A stretch of DNA of 64,000 bases, from the NCBI GenBank assembly GCA_950097015.1, contig CATNEN010000009.1, positions 496,001 to 560,000 on the forward strand. Direction: 5' to 3'. Every line of letters begins with the position of its first letter. Position 1 is the stretch's first letter. The DNA is from Macrostomum hystrix (lineage: Eukaryota > Animalia > Platyhelminthes). Both the position numbers and the translations under genes were made by a program. The notes beneath the pieces are model-generated. The model saw only the letters and a program-made list of their open reading frames with translations. It searched no databases and was not told where the DNA came from. Positions 11,721 through 27,600 of this stretch are shown piece after piece.

Positions 11721-11811
11721 CTGCTGCTTTCCGTGCAGAAGTGAGGATTGTACAGTGATATTTGTCAATTGAGCTGTCAGTGGAGCACGGCATTGTGACA
11801 GCACCCGCAGG

Positions 11812-14800
11812 TCAGACAGCTGCAGCGGGGCTGGCAGCGTGAGGCGGATGTCGCAGGCTCTCAAGGCGCAGGTCCTCGCCGTGCCTCTGCAGGCTGGCCA
11901 AGCTGCCGCGCTAAAGTTTTGCAGATTTCGATTAGAAAATAAAATCTGTCAATGCTACTATGAGTAGGCAACTACAGAAACTTTCTGACCAAGGTCCCAC
12001 AGCTATAAGCTCACCTTCAGAGCCTTCAGCTGGTCCTCCAGGTAGCGGTTGAAGTCCCGTTCAGCTTGGAAGGCCGACTCTGCCGGAGTCTGGCGCTCAG
12101 GCTGCTGCTGCTGCTGTTGCTGAACTCGAAGCTGCCGCTCATGGCTCTCAATGTAGTCCAAGAGACCTAAGCTGCCCTGAAGGACAATTGATTTTTAGTA
12201 ATCGACTGTATCTTATCTCACATGATGAAGCTTTACTACAATAATAACATATAATGCGATCAGTGCTAGCCTAACCCCAGCTCCATCGGTCCCAGCCTCA
12301 TCCATCTCGGCAGGCGCTGACGCCGTTGTTTCCGCTTGAAGCCGCTGAAGTCGCCCGGCCTCGGCGGCCCGCTCTCGCCGCATCAGGTCGGCCAGCTGCT
12401 CAGCCATCTGTCTCCGCTGCCGCTCCGCGTCGGCCAGCCGCTCCCGGGCCGCTTGCAGCTCTGCCTCGGCCAGCGCTCGGGCCCGCCTCTCGGCTTCGCA
12501 ACCTCCGGTGGCCTCTGCGGCACGCGCCTCCGCATCCGCGGCACGCGCCTCCGCTCGTTTTCGCAAGCCACGCTGGCGCTCCGCCTGCTGCCGCAGTTCG
12601 GCAGCCCGCTCCTCAGCCGCCTGCGGTAGAAAAAAGCTCATCAATTTATGTGCTTCTGCGGCGCTTCTTAAAACCAGTGCAAATACACAACAAATACAGG
12701 ACTCGAACCTGCGCTGCCCGCTCGTGCAGTCGCTCCTCCTGTCTCTTGGCCTCCGCGGCTCGCTCCGCCGCCGCCCGCTCCGTCTCCACCGTGGAGCGCA
12801 TGGACCGGGCAGCCTGGCGCAGCCGACTGTTCTCCGCCGCTGCCGCTTCCGCCGCGGCCGCCGCACGCGAACGCTCGGCCCGAAGCTCCTTCAGCTGGCG
12901 GCGCAGTTCGGCCGCCTCCTCTGAGCGACGCTCTTCAGACGAGCCGCGCGCTGCCAGCCGCTCGAGGTCCGCCTGCAGCTCTGCGGTGCGGGCTCTCAGG
13001 CCGGCCTCAGAGCGCTGCAGGTCGGCCAGCTCGCTCTCCCGGCGCCCCAGCTCTGCCTGCACCGACTCTAGCTGCGCCTCAAGAGCCGACACCTGCGATA
13101 GGGCGCCCGCGGCCTGCTCGGAGGGTTGGAAGGGTGAGCGAAAATGGTGTTTAGCTCCAGCTTTTAAACGTTTCATGCCGTCCTCTCCCTCCTCCCTCAC
13201 CTGCTCCTGCGCTCGTCTCGCAGCCTCTCTGGCCTCCGCGGCAAGCGCCTCGGCTGTCATGACTCGTCGTCGCTCCCGCTCCTCGACGGCAGCGCAGTGC
13301 GCCAGAAGCCGCGCCGCCTCCGTGACCGCCTCCTCGCGGCCGGCGCCCGCGTCGTCGAGCAAGCCGCGCTGCCGGCTCTCCGAGTCGCGCAGTTGCCGCA
13401 CCTGGGCGAAAGAAAGCAGCAGTTCATGAGGCAATCAAAACAGAGGTGAGAGGAGCGCACATCGGTATCCAACTGTAGTGCCTGAGGCGTTTTGTTTGTT
13501 TGCTAGTTCTGAACTCTGGGCCGTTCTCTCTGAGCCAGTTCTGGCTGCTCAGGGGTTCGGCCGCCTATTGGCAGGACCAGCTATCCCTTCCCTTTCATTT
13601 TCTTGCCATCTTTACTGCCTGCCCCTCCCTGTGCCCTGATTGGGTGAGCTCTGTGTGCTTGCTTTGTCTGCCTTTCCCCCCATTTTTGGTTGTTATTTTT
13701 GGTCCTCTGCGCTCCACCTCTCTCTGGTACGCGTTCGCATCCATTGAGTCACTACGCCTGAAACTCTGCGAGCGAGCGAGACGGTCCCTTTCTGTCAGTT
13801 CTCTGATGAAATGAATAGGACCCTAAACTGACAACTGAAAGCTTCGGTTCCAAAATCGAGCCCTTGACCTCACCTGACCTCGTAGTTCAGCCAGCTCAGC
13901 CCTGAGCCTGGCGCTGGCCTCCCCGGCCTCCCTGGCCTGAGCCTCCGCGGCCGCCAGCTGCACTCTCAGGGAGGCCGCGGCCGCCTCTGCGTCTCCAGCC
14001 CGATCGAGCTGCTCCTGGAGCTGCTCCACCTGAGTTTGCAGGCGGCCCCGCTCAAATGCCAGCCGCTGCCGGCCTTCGGACAACTCGCGCAGGCGACCCT
14101 CGATATCGGCGCCGCTGATGAGTTTTCCGCCGATGTCACCTCCGCAGGCGCGAAGTCGCTCGAGGAGAGTGGCATTCTCCCCCTCGAGTTGGTCACGAGC
14201 GGCCTCAGCCTCGGCCAGGCGGGTCTGCAGACGGCCCACGGCAGAGTCAAGCCGATCTCGCTCTGTGGACATGTCCCCCAGAGCCGAGCTCACCCGGTCC
14301 TGCAGTCGCGGGCAAAGATTTAGTTTGACAACTGTCCTCTATTTATTTTGTTTGGCGTGAAAAAAAATTTTTGGTCTGTTTGTAACTTCTTGAGAGTCAT
14401 GAGTTTCAGTCCTGCCCCTACGCCATGACAAACTGACCTGCAGCAGCCGCCTGTCAGTCTGCAGCTGCTTGGCGCTCCTCTCCAGGCCGCGAGCCCGCTC
14501 CCTCTCCGCCTCCAGTTCGGCTGTCACCTCCGACAGTCGCCTCTCTGCCGCCCCAGCCTCGGACCGGGCCTCGTCCAGTTGCGTCTCCAGCTGGTCCGCC
14601 AGTCGTTCCTGTCGTCTCAGCGCCTCCCGCAGCTCGATCAGACGACCATCCCGCTCGTGACCCTCGCGCAGCGCTCGAACCTCCGCCTGCAGGGCAGCCG
14701 TCTCCTCGGCCGCTTCCGCCGTTGCGCGCTGCAGTCGCGCCTCTGTTGAGTGGCGCGCCGCTTCCGCAGCCGCCATTTCTCGCTCTGTCGCGCTGATAGC

Positions 14801-16004
14801 CTCACGAGCTCGAGAAGCCTCTTCTGTCAGTCGGCGCTTCTCGGCCTCCCAATCGGCCATCGACTTTGTCAATGACGACTGGAGCCGCTGCCGCTCAGCG
14901 TCCGACGCAGCCAAGCGAGCCTCAATACGCGACAGTTCGCCGCGGCTCCGCTCAGCATCAGCAGACACCTGCGCTCGCTGATTTGTTGGAGTGAGAGTAT
15001 GCATATTGGCTCACAAGTTTGTGACCACCTGAGCAATGAAGGTGAGAATTCCGAACTGACCTGTTCCGATTCCAACTTGGCTGCCGATTCGGCGGCTTCA
15101 AGCCGTTCGCGAACCGCCTTGGCAGACTCCTCGAGGGCGCGGCGCAGCTCGACCTCCCGTTTGGCGGCGGCACGGAGCTCTTCGCAGCTGCGCCGGAAAC
15201 GCTCCAGCGAGGCCTCTTGTGAGTCTGCTCGAATCGCCAGCTCGGACTGAGAGGAAAATTTGGAGAAGTGAGCATTGAGCCCGAACAAAAATGCTAAAAG
15301 CATCATAAATATGGCTCACCTCGCGCTGTTTCAGAGCCTCCTCGCTGGCACCGAGCTCCCCGACCTTTGCCCGTAGCTGCTCGACCTCCGACTTGGCCGC
15401 ATCGCGCTCTTGAACTGCGGCGTGCAGCTGCTTCTCCCAGGTTGCGTACTCGGCCTGCCAGTGTGGGGCATTGCGGCTTGCAGAACTGGAGACTGTTCGA
15501 GATCCCAAGATTGGTGCGAAGGCTACATCGGTTGCTTTACTTATTGCGACATCAGCTATTATCGTGCTATCAATAGTATAAAACCGCTTACTCTTACTAA
15601 TACTCTTACTAATTTATAAAATTGCAATGGAAGCCGTCGAAGGGCAGCAAAGCTCGCACCTGGAACAGGCGCTTGGCCTGGCTCAGTTTGCCAGTGATTT
15701 CGCTCTGAGCACGCAGAGTCCGCTCCCTTTCGGACTGGACGCAGAGCAGCTGCTCCCGTACGCTCCGCACGCTGCCCTCCAGGTCTCGGATACGAGCCAC
15801 GAGAACCTCACGAGGTGTTCGCTGGCAACGACTGCTGCTGGCAAGGCTGCTCACTGAGCCACGTGGCGACTGCAGGCCGCTGTTGTCTTGGCCACCACTG
15901 ACGCTGCCAATGTCGCTAAGCTCACCCAGCATTTTCTTGCTTTCGGCCGCCGTCATCTGTAGCTTCTTCAGCAGGTTGTCAATTGTGTGCTCGTCAACTT
16001 CCAT
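11812..16004 (-). CDS. Multi-exon long coiled-coil protein (E/R/A/L-rich)
   Basis: Phase-0 GT-AG exons inferred: 16004-15660, about 15454-15320, 15246-15061, 14968-14438, 14299-13874, 13401-13201, 13113-12708, 12620 to about 12300, a small exon near 12180-12015, and a last exon from about 11910 to TGA at 11812. Heptad-like sequence throughout. A small exon near 13800 is unresolved. Confidence 0.75.
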
Positions 16005-17277
16005 TTTGAAGCTCGGCCGGTTTTAAGAGAAGACGCAGTGCAGTAAGAGAGAGCTGTAGATTTTTTGTTTTCGGAATTTAGAATGAAAAAAATCATAGGG
16101 AGATCATACTGTGATCGTTAAATTTATGATTACATTTTTAAATATACTCTAATTAGATGGTGACATCCAATGTCGCAAAAACAAAATTGAGCAGAGCTAT
16201 TAATTAGAATTCATGCATTTGGCATGATAACTTAAAATATTACAACCACATGGGCTGGAATTGGCAAAACAGTAAATTTTATTAGTACGAGTACAAAAAT
16301 CTTAATTATTAGATGATAGATAAGAGAGAAAATATATTATCACTATTGATTGTGATAATTAGTGTTATAATTATTAGGGAATATTGTAAAATACCTCAGG
16401 TTCATGTTAATTAAAGGCGATTTTCGGCACCGAAATTTTGTATTATTGTTAACTTTTACATGCGTGATATATATGAGAAAGTAATATACTGAAAAGCAAA
16501 TAAAAATGAGAGAAATCAACCAATTTTGGCTTCGTTCATTCGATTCGCCTGTGTCTGGCGTCTTGAATCCATATTATTTGATTTAGATGAGAGCAAAATA
16601 CGATATTATGGAATAAAAAAGTTAAGACATAATATCTTTCAGACATAAATATATGCTTAACATATAATGGTGCTGGAATGGTTTCCAATAAATACAAAGA
16701 GTTGACCAAAGTCAAAATGATAGCAACTCAAAAGAATTCGTTTTAAAAAGTATTTCGCAACGTTTTAAAGAAATGATAACTGGTTTTTTCTGCTTGCAGC
16801 TAAATATTTTATAAAAGTTCAAACTGCAAAAATAAAAAACATCTATATTTTGCTTAACTGCGATATCATTTCGGCTTAAAAAAGTAGATATCAGTAAGAG
16901 GCGGTTGCTTTGGATTATATTGTGTATCTATTTAGTTAGATAATTTATTCTCAAATTTTTAGCTTTAAGGTTTTATATGAACTTTATTTTCTCAATGCTT
17001 CAGTACATATACAGCATATATAATCGATTCTGCCACATCACGTCATATAGATTACAATTTATTCTGACACTCGCAGAATCAATGATTTGGCTGTTTTAAC
17101 AAAATTGTAGCTGCCGAGCAAAAAAATAAATTAGAAAAATATAGTTAAGGAATAATAATACGAACATTTAATGACAAACGATTGTGCTATTTTGTTTAAC
17201 CTACTAGTCAGCTGATATTTTTTAATTGGAAGGGAAAATTTAAACTTAATGTTTTCGGTTTTTTGTCTTCATTTTAG

Positions 17278-20033
<2,756 letters not shown>

Positions 20034-20168
20034 GGCCGACTGTCGACTGATGGACGATTTGTCAGAAGCTTGGCTGGTGTTCTGTGACGTTTAATAACGT
20101 GACCCAACGTGTTGATTGCTGCAGTAGAATTTGGTCGCGAATGTTTTACTTACATAATCTGTTCCTTT

Positions 20169-20174
20169 AATAAA
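20169..20174 (+). terminator. Candidate polyadenylation signal of GABARAP
   Basis: AATAAA 136 nt after the stop codon. Confidence 0.5.
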
Positions 20175-20581
20175 TTTCTCTAAAGATTTTTCTGCTGGCA
20201 CTGCACCACTCACCCTGTTATTCCCTACTCAGTAGACTAACTGTACATAACAAACTGAAGTTTTTACTCGGCCTGACAATTCTGCGATAACACTTTTTTG
20301 TTGTTTCTCAATTCTGTATCAATACAAGCAGCAGAGTTGTTGTGTGCGGAGTGGCTTGGCTGCTCATTGCATGGTGATGGGAACTCCGGAACTGTTAGCA
20401 TTAATGTGCTGCTTTTTATGTGTAAATTTTATCCAGAGGAAACCCAAATCGATTTTACTATATGAAATAATATTGCAAATATACTACCTACCTACTTATC
20501 ATTTCAATTTAAAACATTTACAGTTAGCCTTTTTATTAGTCAATATTAACTATGCGAAAGTGGCTTTCCGGCTTTGATCCT

Positions 20582-20884
20582 TTATACCAGGCTGTCTAGT
20601 TCCGTCAGTAAGGTCAGTCGTTTATCCGCGCCGCCATCACTCCCAGTCCGCCTTTTTTCGTCAATTTTCTTTACCGTAGCCATTCGGATGTTCTTCCACA
20701 GAACGTCTCTTAACTGACTGGCACTCTTGTCGACCCCTTGACTCCGCATTACTTCCGTTACCTCGTTCCATGCAGCTGCCTTCTTTCGCTTTCCATCCGA
20801 ATAGTCGTCGAACTTTCTAAGAATGACTTCCTTCCGTTTTAGAACCTCCAAAAGGAAGATTTTCTTTGCTTCAAGTGAGACCAT
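20582..20884 (-). CDS. Myb/SANT-like DNA-binding domain ORF, possibly from a PIF/Harbinger-type element
   Basis: 100 aa with LLE..KRKEVIL, KKAAAWNEV, LRDVLWKN and KRRTG.GG, the Trp-spaced pattern of trihelix/Myb-like domains. No DDE transposase is seen nearby. Confidence 0.55.
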   Translation of the reverse strand: MVSLEAKKIFLLEVLKRKEVILRKFDDYSDGKRKKAAAWNEVTEVMRSQGVDKSASQLRDVLWKNIRMATVKKIDEKRRTGSDGGADKRLTLLTELDSLV

Positions 20885-21675
20885 GTTTCAGCCTTTGTTT
20901 TTGTTATGCGACAAGTCACTCATGGCTTGGTTTGGCAAGCCTATTCCTATAAGTAAACCATACTCCGGCTATTGAGGACGACACAGTAAAGTAACAGTCT
21001 ATGGCACAACTTGTCTAACCACGGATTGTAACCGCGGATAAAACAGACAGATTTTAGCAGTGGTTTATGAAATCGTTTTTTTAACATAGATAAAATCTAC
21101 GGATAATTTATTCCCCAGTTGGATTGGCCCATAGACCAGATAAATGTATTTATTTGGCCGCTGAAATTTATCTGGCCGGGACAGATAAACATTTATCTGG
21201 TCCGGTGACAATTATCTGGATTCAACTGTGCAATAAATACATTATCACCCACTTGTTTGACTTATCTATGGCCGAAAACGTCTTCGGACATCGTTTCTTG
21301 TCCTCATCCTCAATAAACTAGTCCTCAGCCGTTCCCGGCCAAAATAAATAAAAAAGTGGGTGATAACTTATGCATAAAATCGTTTTTTAACATAGATAAA
21401 ATCTACGGATAATTTATCCACGGGTAGCTGACATGGATTAAAGTGTTTATAAAATTGGCCCCTAGAGCACAAAGCAACAAGGCAAACTAATAGCTGAGCA
21501 TTTGAGTATGTTATTAAAGAAATCAAGTTCGGACAGAGGTAGAGAAATCAAATGGGCTGCTTTATTTCAGGTATAAAATAGTCATTATTCGAGAATTATA
21601 TCAAGTGTCATTTGGCTGGGGTCGAGTAGCAGAGCTGACTTCCAGACTTGCTGAATGCTGATCGTCCGGGCAGCT

Positions 21676-24600
21676 CTACGCGGCGGCCGTGTCGCTGTCC
21701 GATCCGCGCTCCCCCACCCGGACCGCCAAATCCAAGTCCGCAGCCTTCTCGTAGCTTCTTAGGCGTGGAAGCGACAGGCAGAACAGAAACTGTAGAAGGC
21801 ATTCAGGGCTGCATTACCATTATCAGAATGAGAGCCAGCAGCAGTCATGCAACACTCGCCATCATGAGCAGAATGAGAGCCAGCAGCAGTCATGCAACAC
21901 TCGCCATCATGAGCAGAATGAGAGCCAGCAGCAGTCATGCAACACTCGCCATCATGAGCAGAATGAGAGCCAGCAGCATTCATGCAACACTCGCCATCAT
22001 GAGCAGAATGAGAGCCAGCAGCATTCATGAAACACTCGCCATCATGAGCAGAATGAGAGCCAGCAGCATTCATGAAACACTCGCCATCATGAGCAGAATG
22101 AGAGCCAGCAGCAGTCATGCAACACTCGCCATCATGAGCAGAATGAGAGCCAGCAGCATTCATGAAACACTCGCCATCATGAGCAGAATGAGAGCCAGCA
22201 GCAGTCATGCAACACTCGCCATCATGAGCAGAATGAGAGCCAGCAGCAGTCATGCAACACTCGCCATCATGAGCAGAATGAGAGCCAGCAGCAGTCATGC
22301 AACACTCGCCATCATGAGCAGAATGAGAGCCAGCAGCAGCAGTCATGCAACACTCGCCATCATGAGCAGAATGAGAGCCAGCAGCAGCAGTCATGCAACA
22401 CTCGCCATCATGAGCAGAATGAGAGCCAGCAGCAGTCATGCAACACTCGCCATCATGAGCAGAATGAGAGCCAGCAGCAGTCATGCAACACTCGCCATCA
22501 TGAGCAGAATGAGAGCCAGCAGCAGTCATGCAACACTCGCCATCATGAGCAGAATGAGAGCCAGCAGCAGTCATGCAACACTCGCCATCATGAGCAGAAT
22601 GAGAGCCAGCAGCAGTCATGCAACACTCGCCATCATGAGCAGAATGAGAGCCAGCAGCAGTCATGCAACACTCGCCATCATGAGCAGAATGAGAGCCAGC
22701 AGCAGTCATGCAACACTCGCCATCATGAGCAGAATGAGAGCCAGCAGCAGTCATGCAACACTCGCCATCATGAGCAGAATGAGAGCCAGCAGCATTCATG
22801 CAACACTCGCCATCATGAGCAGAATGAGAGCCAGCAGCATTCATGAAACACTCGCCATCATGAGCAGAATGAGAGCCAGCAGCATTCATGAAACACTCGC
22901 CATCATGAGCAGAATGAGAGCCAGCAGCAGTCATGCAACACTCGCCATCATGAGCAGAATGAGAGCCAGCAGCATTCATGAAACACTCGCCATCATGAGC
23001 AGAATGAGAGCCAGCAGCAGTCATGCAACACTCGCCATCATGAGCAGAATGAGAGCCAGCAGCAGTCATGCAACACTCGCCATCATGAGCAGAATGAGAG
23101 CCAGCAGCAGTCATGCAACACTCGCCATCATGAGCAGAATGAGAGCCAGCAGCAGCAGTCATGCAACACTCGCCATCATGAGCAGAATGAGAGCCAGCAG
23201 CAGCAGTCATGCAACACTCGCCATCATGAGCAGAATGAGAGCCAGCAGCAGTCATGCAACACTCGCCATCATGAGCAGAATGAGAGCCAGCAGCAGTCAT
23301 GCAACACTCGCCATCATGAGCAGAATGAGAGCCAGCAGCAGTCATGCAACACTCGCCATCATGAGCAGAATGAGAGCCAGCAGCAGTCATGCAACACTCG
23401 CCATCATGAGCAGAATGAGAGCCAGCAGCAGTCATGCAACACTCGCCATCATGAGCAGAATGAGAGCCAGCAGCATTCATGAAACACTCGCCATCATGAG
23501 CAGAATGAGAGCCAGCAGCAGTCATGCAACACTCGCCATCATGAGCAGAATGAGAGCCAGCAGCAGTCATGCAACACTCGCCATCATGAGCAGAATGAGA
23601 GCCAGCAGCAGTCATGCAACACTCGCCATCATGAGCAGAATGAGAGCCAGCAGCAGTCATGCAACACTCGCCATCATGAGCAGAATGAGAGCCAGCAGCA
23701 GTCATGCAACACTCGCCATCATGAGCAGAATGAGAGCCAGCAGCAGTCATGCAACACTCGCCATCATGAGCAGAATGAGAGTCAGCAGCAGTCATGCAAC
23801 ACTCGCCATCATGAGCAGAATGAGAGCCAGCAGCAGTCATGCAACACTCGCCATCATGAGCAGAATGAGAGCCAGCAGCAGTCATGCAACACTCGCCATC
23901 ATGAGCAGAATGAGAGCCAGCAGCAGTCATGCAACACTCGCCATCATGAGCAGAATGAGAGCCAGCAGCAGTCATGCAACACTCGCCATCATGAGCAGAA
24001 TGAGAGCCAGCAGCAGTCATGCAACACTCACCATCATGAGCAGAATGGGAGCCAGCAGCAGTCATGCAACACTCACCATCATGAGCAGAATGAGAGCCAG
24101 CAGCAGTCATGCAACACTCACCATCATGAGCAGAATGAGAGCCAGCAGCAGTCATGCAACACTCACCATCATGAGCAGAATGGGAGCCAGCAGCATTCAT
24201 GCAACACTCACCATCATGAGCAGAATGAGAGCCAGCAGCAGTCATGCAACACTCGCCATCATGAGCAGAATGAGAGCCAGCAGCAGTCATGCAACACTCG
24301 CCATCATGAGCAGAATGAGAGCCAGCAGCAGTCATGCAACACTCGCCATCATGAGCAGAATGAGAGCCAGCAGCAGTCATGCAACACTCGCCATCATGAG
24401 CAGAATGAGAGCCAGCAGCATTCATGAAACACTCGCCATCATGAGCAGAATGAGAGCCAGCAGCAGTCATGCAACACTCGCCATCATGAGCAGAATGAGA
24501 GCCAGCAGCAGTCATGCAACACTCGCCATCATGAGCAGAATGAGAGCCAGCAGCAGTCATGCAACACTCGCCATCATGAGCAGAATGAGAGCCAGCAGCA

Positions 24601-27600
24601 GTCATGCAACACTCGCCATCATGAGCAGAATGAGAGCCAGCAGCAGTCATGCAACACTCGCCATCATGAGCAGAATGAGAGCCAGCAGCAGTCATGCAAC
24701 ACTCGCCATCATGAGCAGAATGAGAGTCAGCAGCAGTCATGCAACACTCGCCATCATGAGCAGAATGAGAGCCAGCAGCAGTCATGCAACACTCGCCATC
24801 ATGAGCAGAATGAGAGCCAGCAGCAGTCATGCAACACTCGCCATCATGAGCAGAATGAGAGCCAGCAGCATTCATGCAACACTCGCCATCATGAGCAGAA
24901 TGAGAGCCAGCAGCAGTCATGCAACACTCGCCATCATGAGCAGAATGAGAGCCAGCAGCAGTCATGCAACACTCACCATCATGAGCAGAATGGGAGCCAG
25001 CAGCAGTCATGCAACACTCGCCATCATGAGCAGAATGAGAGCCAGCAGCAGTCATGCAACACTCACCATCATGAGCAGAATGAGAGCCAGCAGCAGTCAT
25101 GCAACACTCACCATCATGAGCAGAATGGGAGCCAGCAGCATTCATGCAACACTCACCATCATGAGCAGAATGAGAGCCAGCAGCAGTCATGCAACACTCG
25201 CCATCATGAGCAGAATGAGATCCAGCAGCATTCATGCAACACTCACCATCATGAGCAGAATGGGAGCCAGCAGCAGTCATGCAACACTCGCCATCATGAG
25301 CAGAATGAGAGCCAGCAGCAGTCATGCAACACTCGCCATCATGAGCAGAATGAGAGCCAGCAGCATTCATGCAACACTCGCCATCATGAGCAGAATGAGA
25401 GCCAGCAGCAGTCATGCAACACTCGCCATCATGAGCAGAATGAGAGCCAGCAGCATTCATGCAACACTCGCCATCATGAGCAGAATGAGAGCCAGCAGCA
25501 GTCATGCAACACTCGCCATCATGAGCAGAATGAGAGCCAGCAGCATTCATGAAACACTCGCCATCATGAGCAGAATGAGAGCCAGCAGCAGTCATGCAAC
25601 ACTCGCCATCATGAGCAGAATGAGAGCCAGCAGCATTCATGAAACACTCGCCATCATGAGCAGAATGAGAGCCAGCAGCACAGCCAGCATGATGGTCAGG
25701 CGGGTCAGCATTGACCCAGCCCACAATGGTCCCAGGATCGTAGCCAGGCCAATCATGGAGCGCCTGAGGCCTTGAGAAAAGCCTGCGAAGGCGAGCAATG
25801 AAATGAAAGGTCATTAAGCGGTGTGTCTGAACTCAAGTCACATGACAGCTCGCACCCACCCTGAGTTGCAGGTGATGTAATCTTGGAGTAGAGTGACACG
25901 GAGCAGGTGACCAGGAAAGGCAGGGCGATTACATCAAAGAACACGCCGCCAATTAGCATGGGCAGGTTGAGCGGGCTGCCTGTTTGTTTTGAAATTGTGA
26001 AATTCGTTCATTTTAAAATTGAAAACTATATTGAGGACCTCAGAAAAATCATCGTAATAATTGCCTAGACCAAAAATTATAGCAGATCTTTCTGACTTTC
26101 ACGTATCACGCCAAATTAACATTTTCAATTACATTGAATTGCAGCTAGCTGTATATGCACTCGTATCTTTCACTGCTAAAATGCTAAATGCACTAGGACT
26201 CCCCCTAAGTGAAATTCTTATCAGTCCTGTGTAGCTGGAATCCAATGAAAAGGTTCCATTTCAAGACAAATTATTCAGAGCTGCTGTTGGAAATAAGCAT
26301 TCGCTAAAAATTATATCACATTTTGCAACTTTCTAATTTTTGGACTCCAAATAAGCTTAATATGTTGTCATTTCTACTGTAAGAAGACGACTGATGACAT
26401 TCAAGCTAAATTGAAGCCAAACCCAACCCAGGAGGCAGAACTGACCGGGCACAGCCGTTGGGAAATAGGCAAGCAGTCCGGCGATGGCGGCCGCCGACAA
26501 GCCGGAGCCCAGTAGGATGAGGCTGCTGTCGTAGAACCTGCTGCTGACGCACCGGACAACCAGGAAGACAAGGATGACCTCCACACCGGCTCCCAAGTAG
26601 AGCAAGCTATTGCCGAGTTCGCCCCAGCCCAGGTAGTCCTTGGTCATTGGTGTCAGCATGGCCTGGGCGAAAATGGGATTGTGTTAAAATCTGAGATGGC
26701 CTCAAATAACATAACTAGAAATTTGTAAAAGGATGCAGAATAGCAGCGCCAACCTCCAACGCAGTCTGGTTAAAGAAGGTCGCGAATATGGTGGCCAGAA
26801 TGGCTATCAGCTCATGCCGCAGGTACTCTGCAAGTGTGAATTAGCGGGCTCACTCTTGTGGGATATTTTTGGAGCAAAAAACTAACCAATGAAGCCTGAC
26901 ACAGCCACCCCACCCGATGAGACCCAGCACACACAGCCACCACACCCAATGAGACCCAACACGCACAGCCACCCCACCCGATGAGACCCAACACACACAG
27001 CCACCCCACCCGATGAGACCCAGCACACACTGCCGCCCCACCCGATGAGACCCAGCACACACTGCCGCCCCACCCGATGAGACCCAGCACACACTGCCGC
27101 CCCACCCGATGAGACCCAGCACACACTGCCGCCCCACCCGATGAGACCCAACACACACAGCCACCCCACCCGATGAGACCCAGCACACACTGCCGCCCCA
27201 CCCGATGAGACCCAGCACACACTGCCGCCCCACCCGATGAGACCCAGCACACACTGCCGCCCCACCCGATGAGACCCAGCACACACTGCCGCCCCACCCG
27301 ATGAGACCCAGCACACACTGCCGCCCCACCCAATGAGACCCAACCAACACTAAGCCTAGCGGCAAAGCGGAAGGCCCACCGTTGGCATAGTAACGCCGGT
27401 CGGTGACCACCGCAGGCGGTTCCGGGAGAGCAGCGGCGACTTCTCCGTAGCCGGCAACACCGTCGCCGTCGGCCACGAGTCGCCGCCTCTCATCTTCAGT
27501 TGCAGTCGGCGCGGCCATGCGGTGAAAGTCTGTGTACAGGAATAGGCTCAGCAGCGTGTGCAGCAGCCACAGGGAGGCCATGAATAGGCCGGGCACGGAG

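Noticed and set aside
12326-15306. Plus-strand ORFs of 100-367 aa over the coiled-coil gene; similar shadows over RPL24, SELENOS and TRPC
   Set aside because: They are antisense or alternate-frame shadows of GC-rich coding exons.
21790-21817. 28-nt GT-AG micro-intron at the end of the 45-bp array
   Set aside because: Using this GT would retain the whole array, with its stops, in the mRNA, so it cannot give the intact transporter. It is more likely the remnant 3' part of the original intron.
21648-25814. 1375-aa (+) and 1351-aa (-) repeat ORFs
   Set aside because: They come from the 45-bp array, which lies in intron 9 of the transporter. The transporter's own frame has a stop in every unit.
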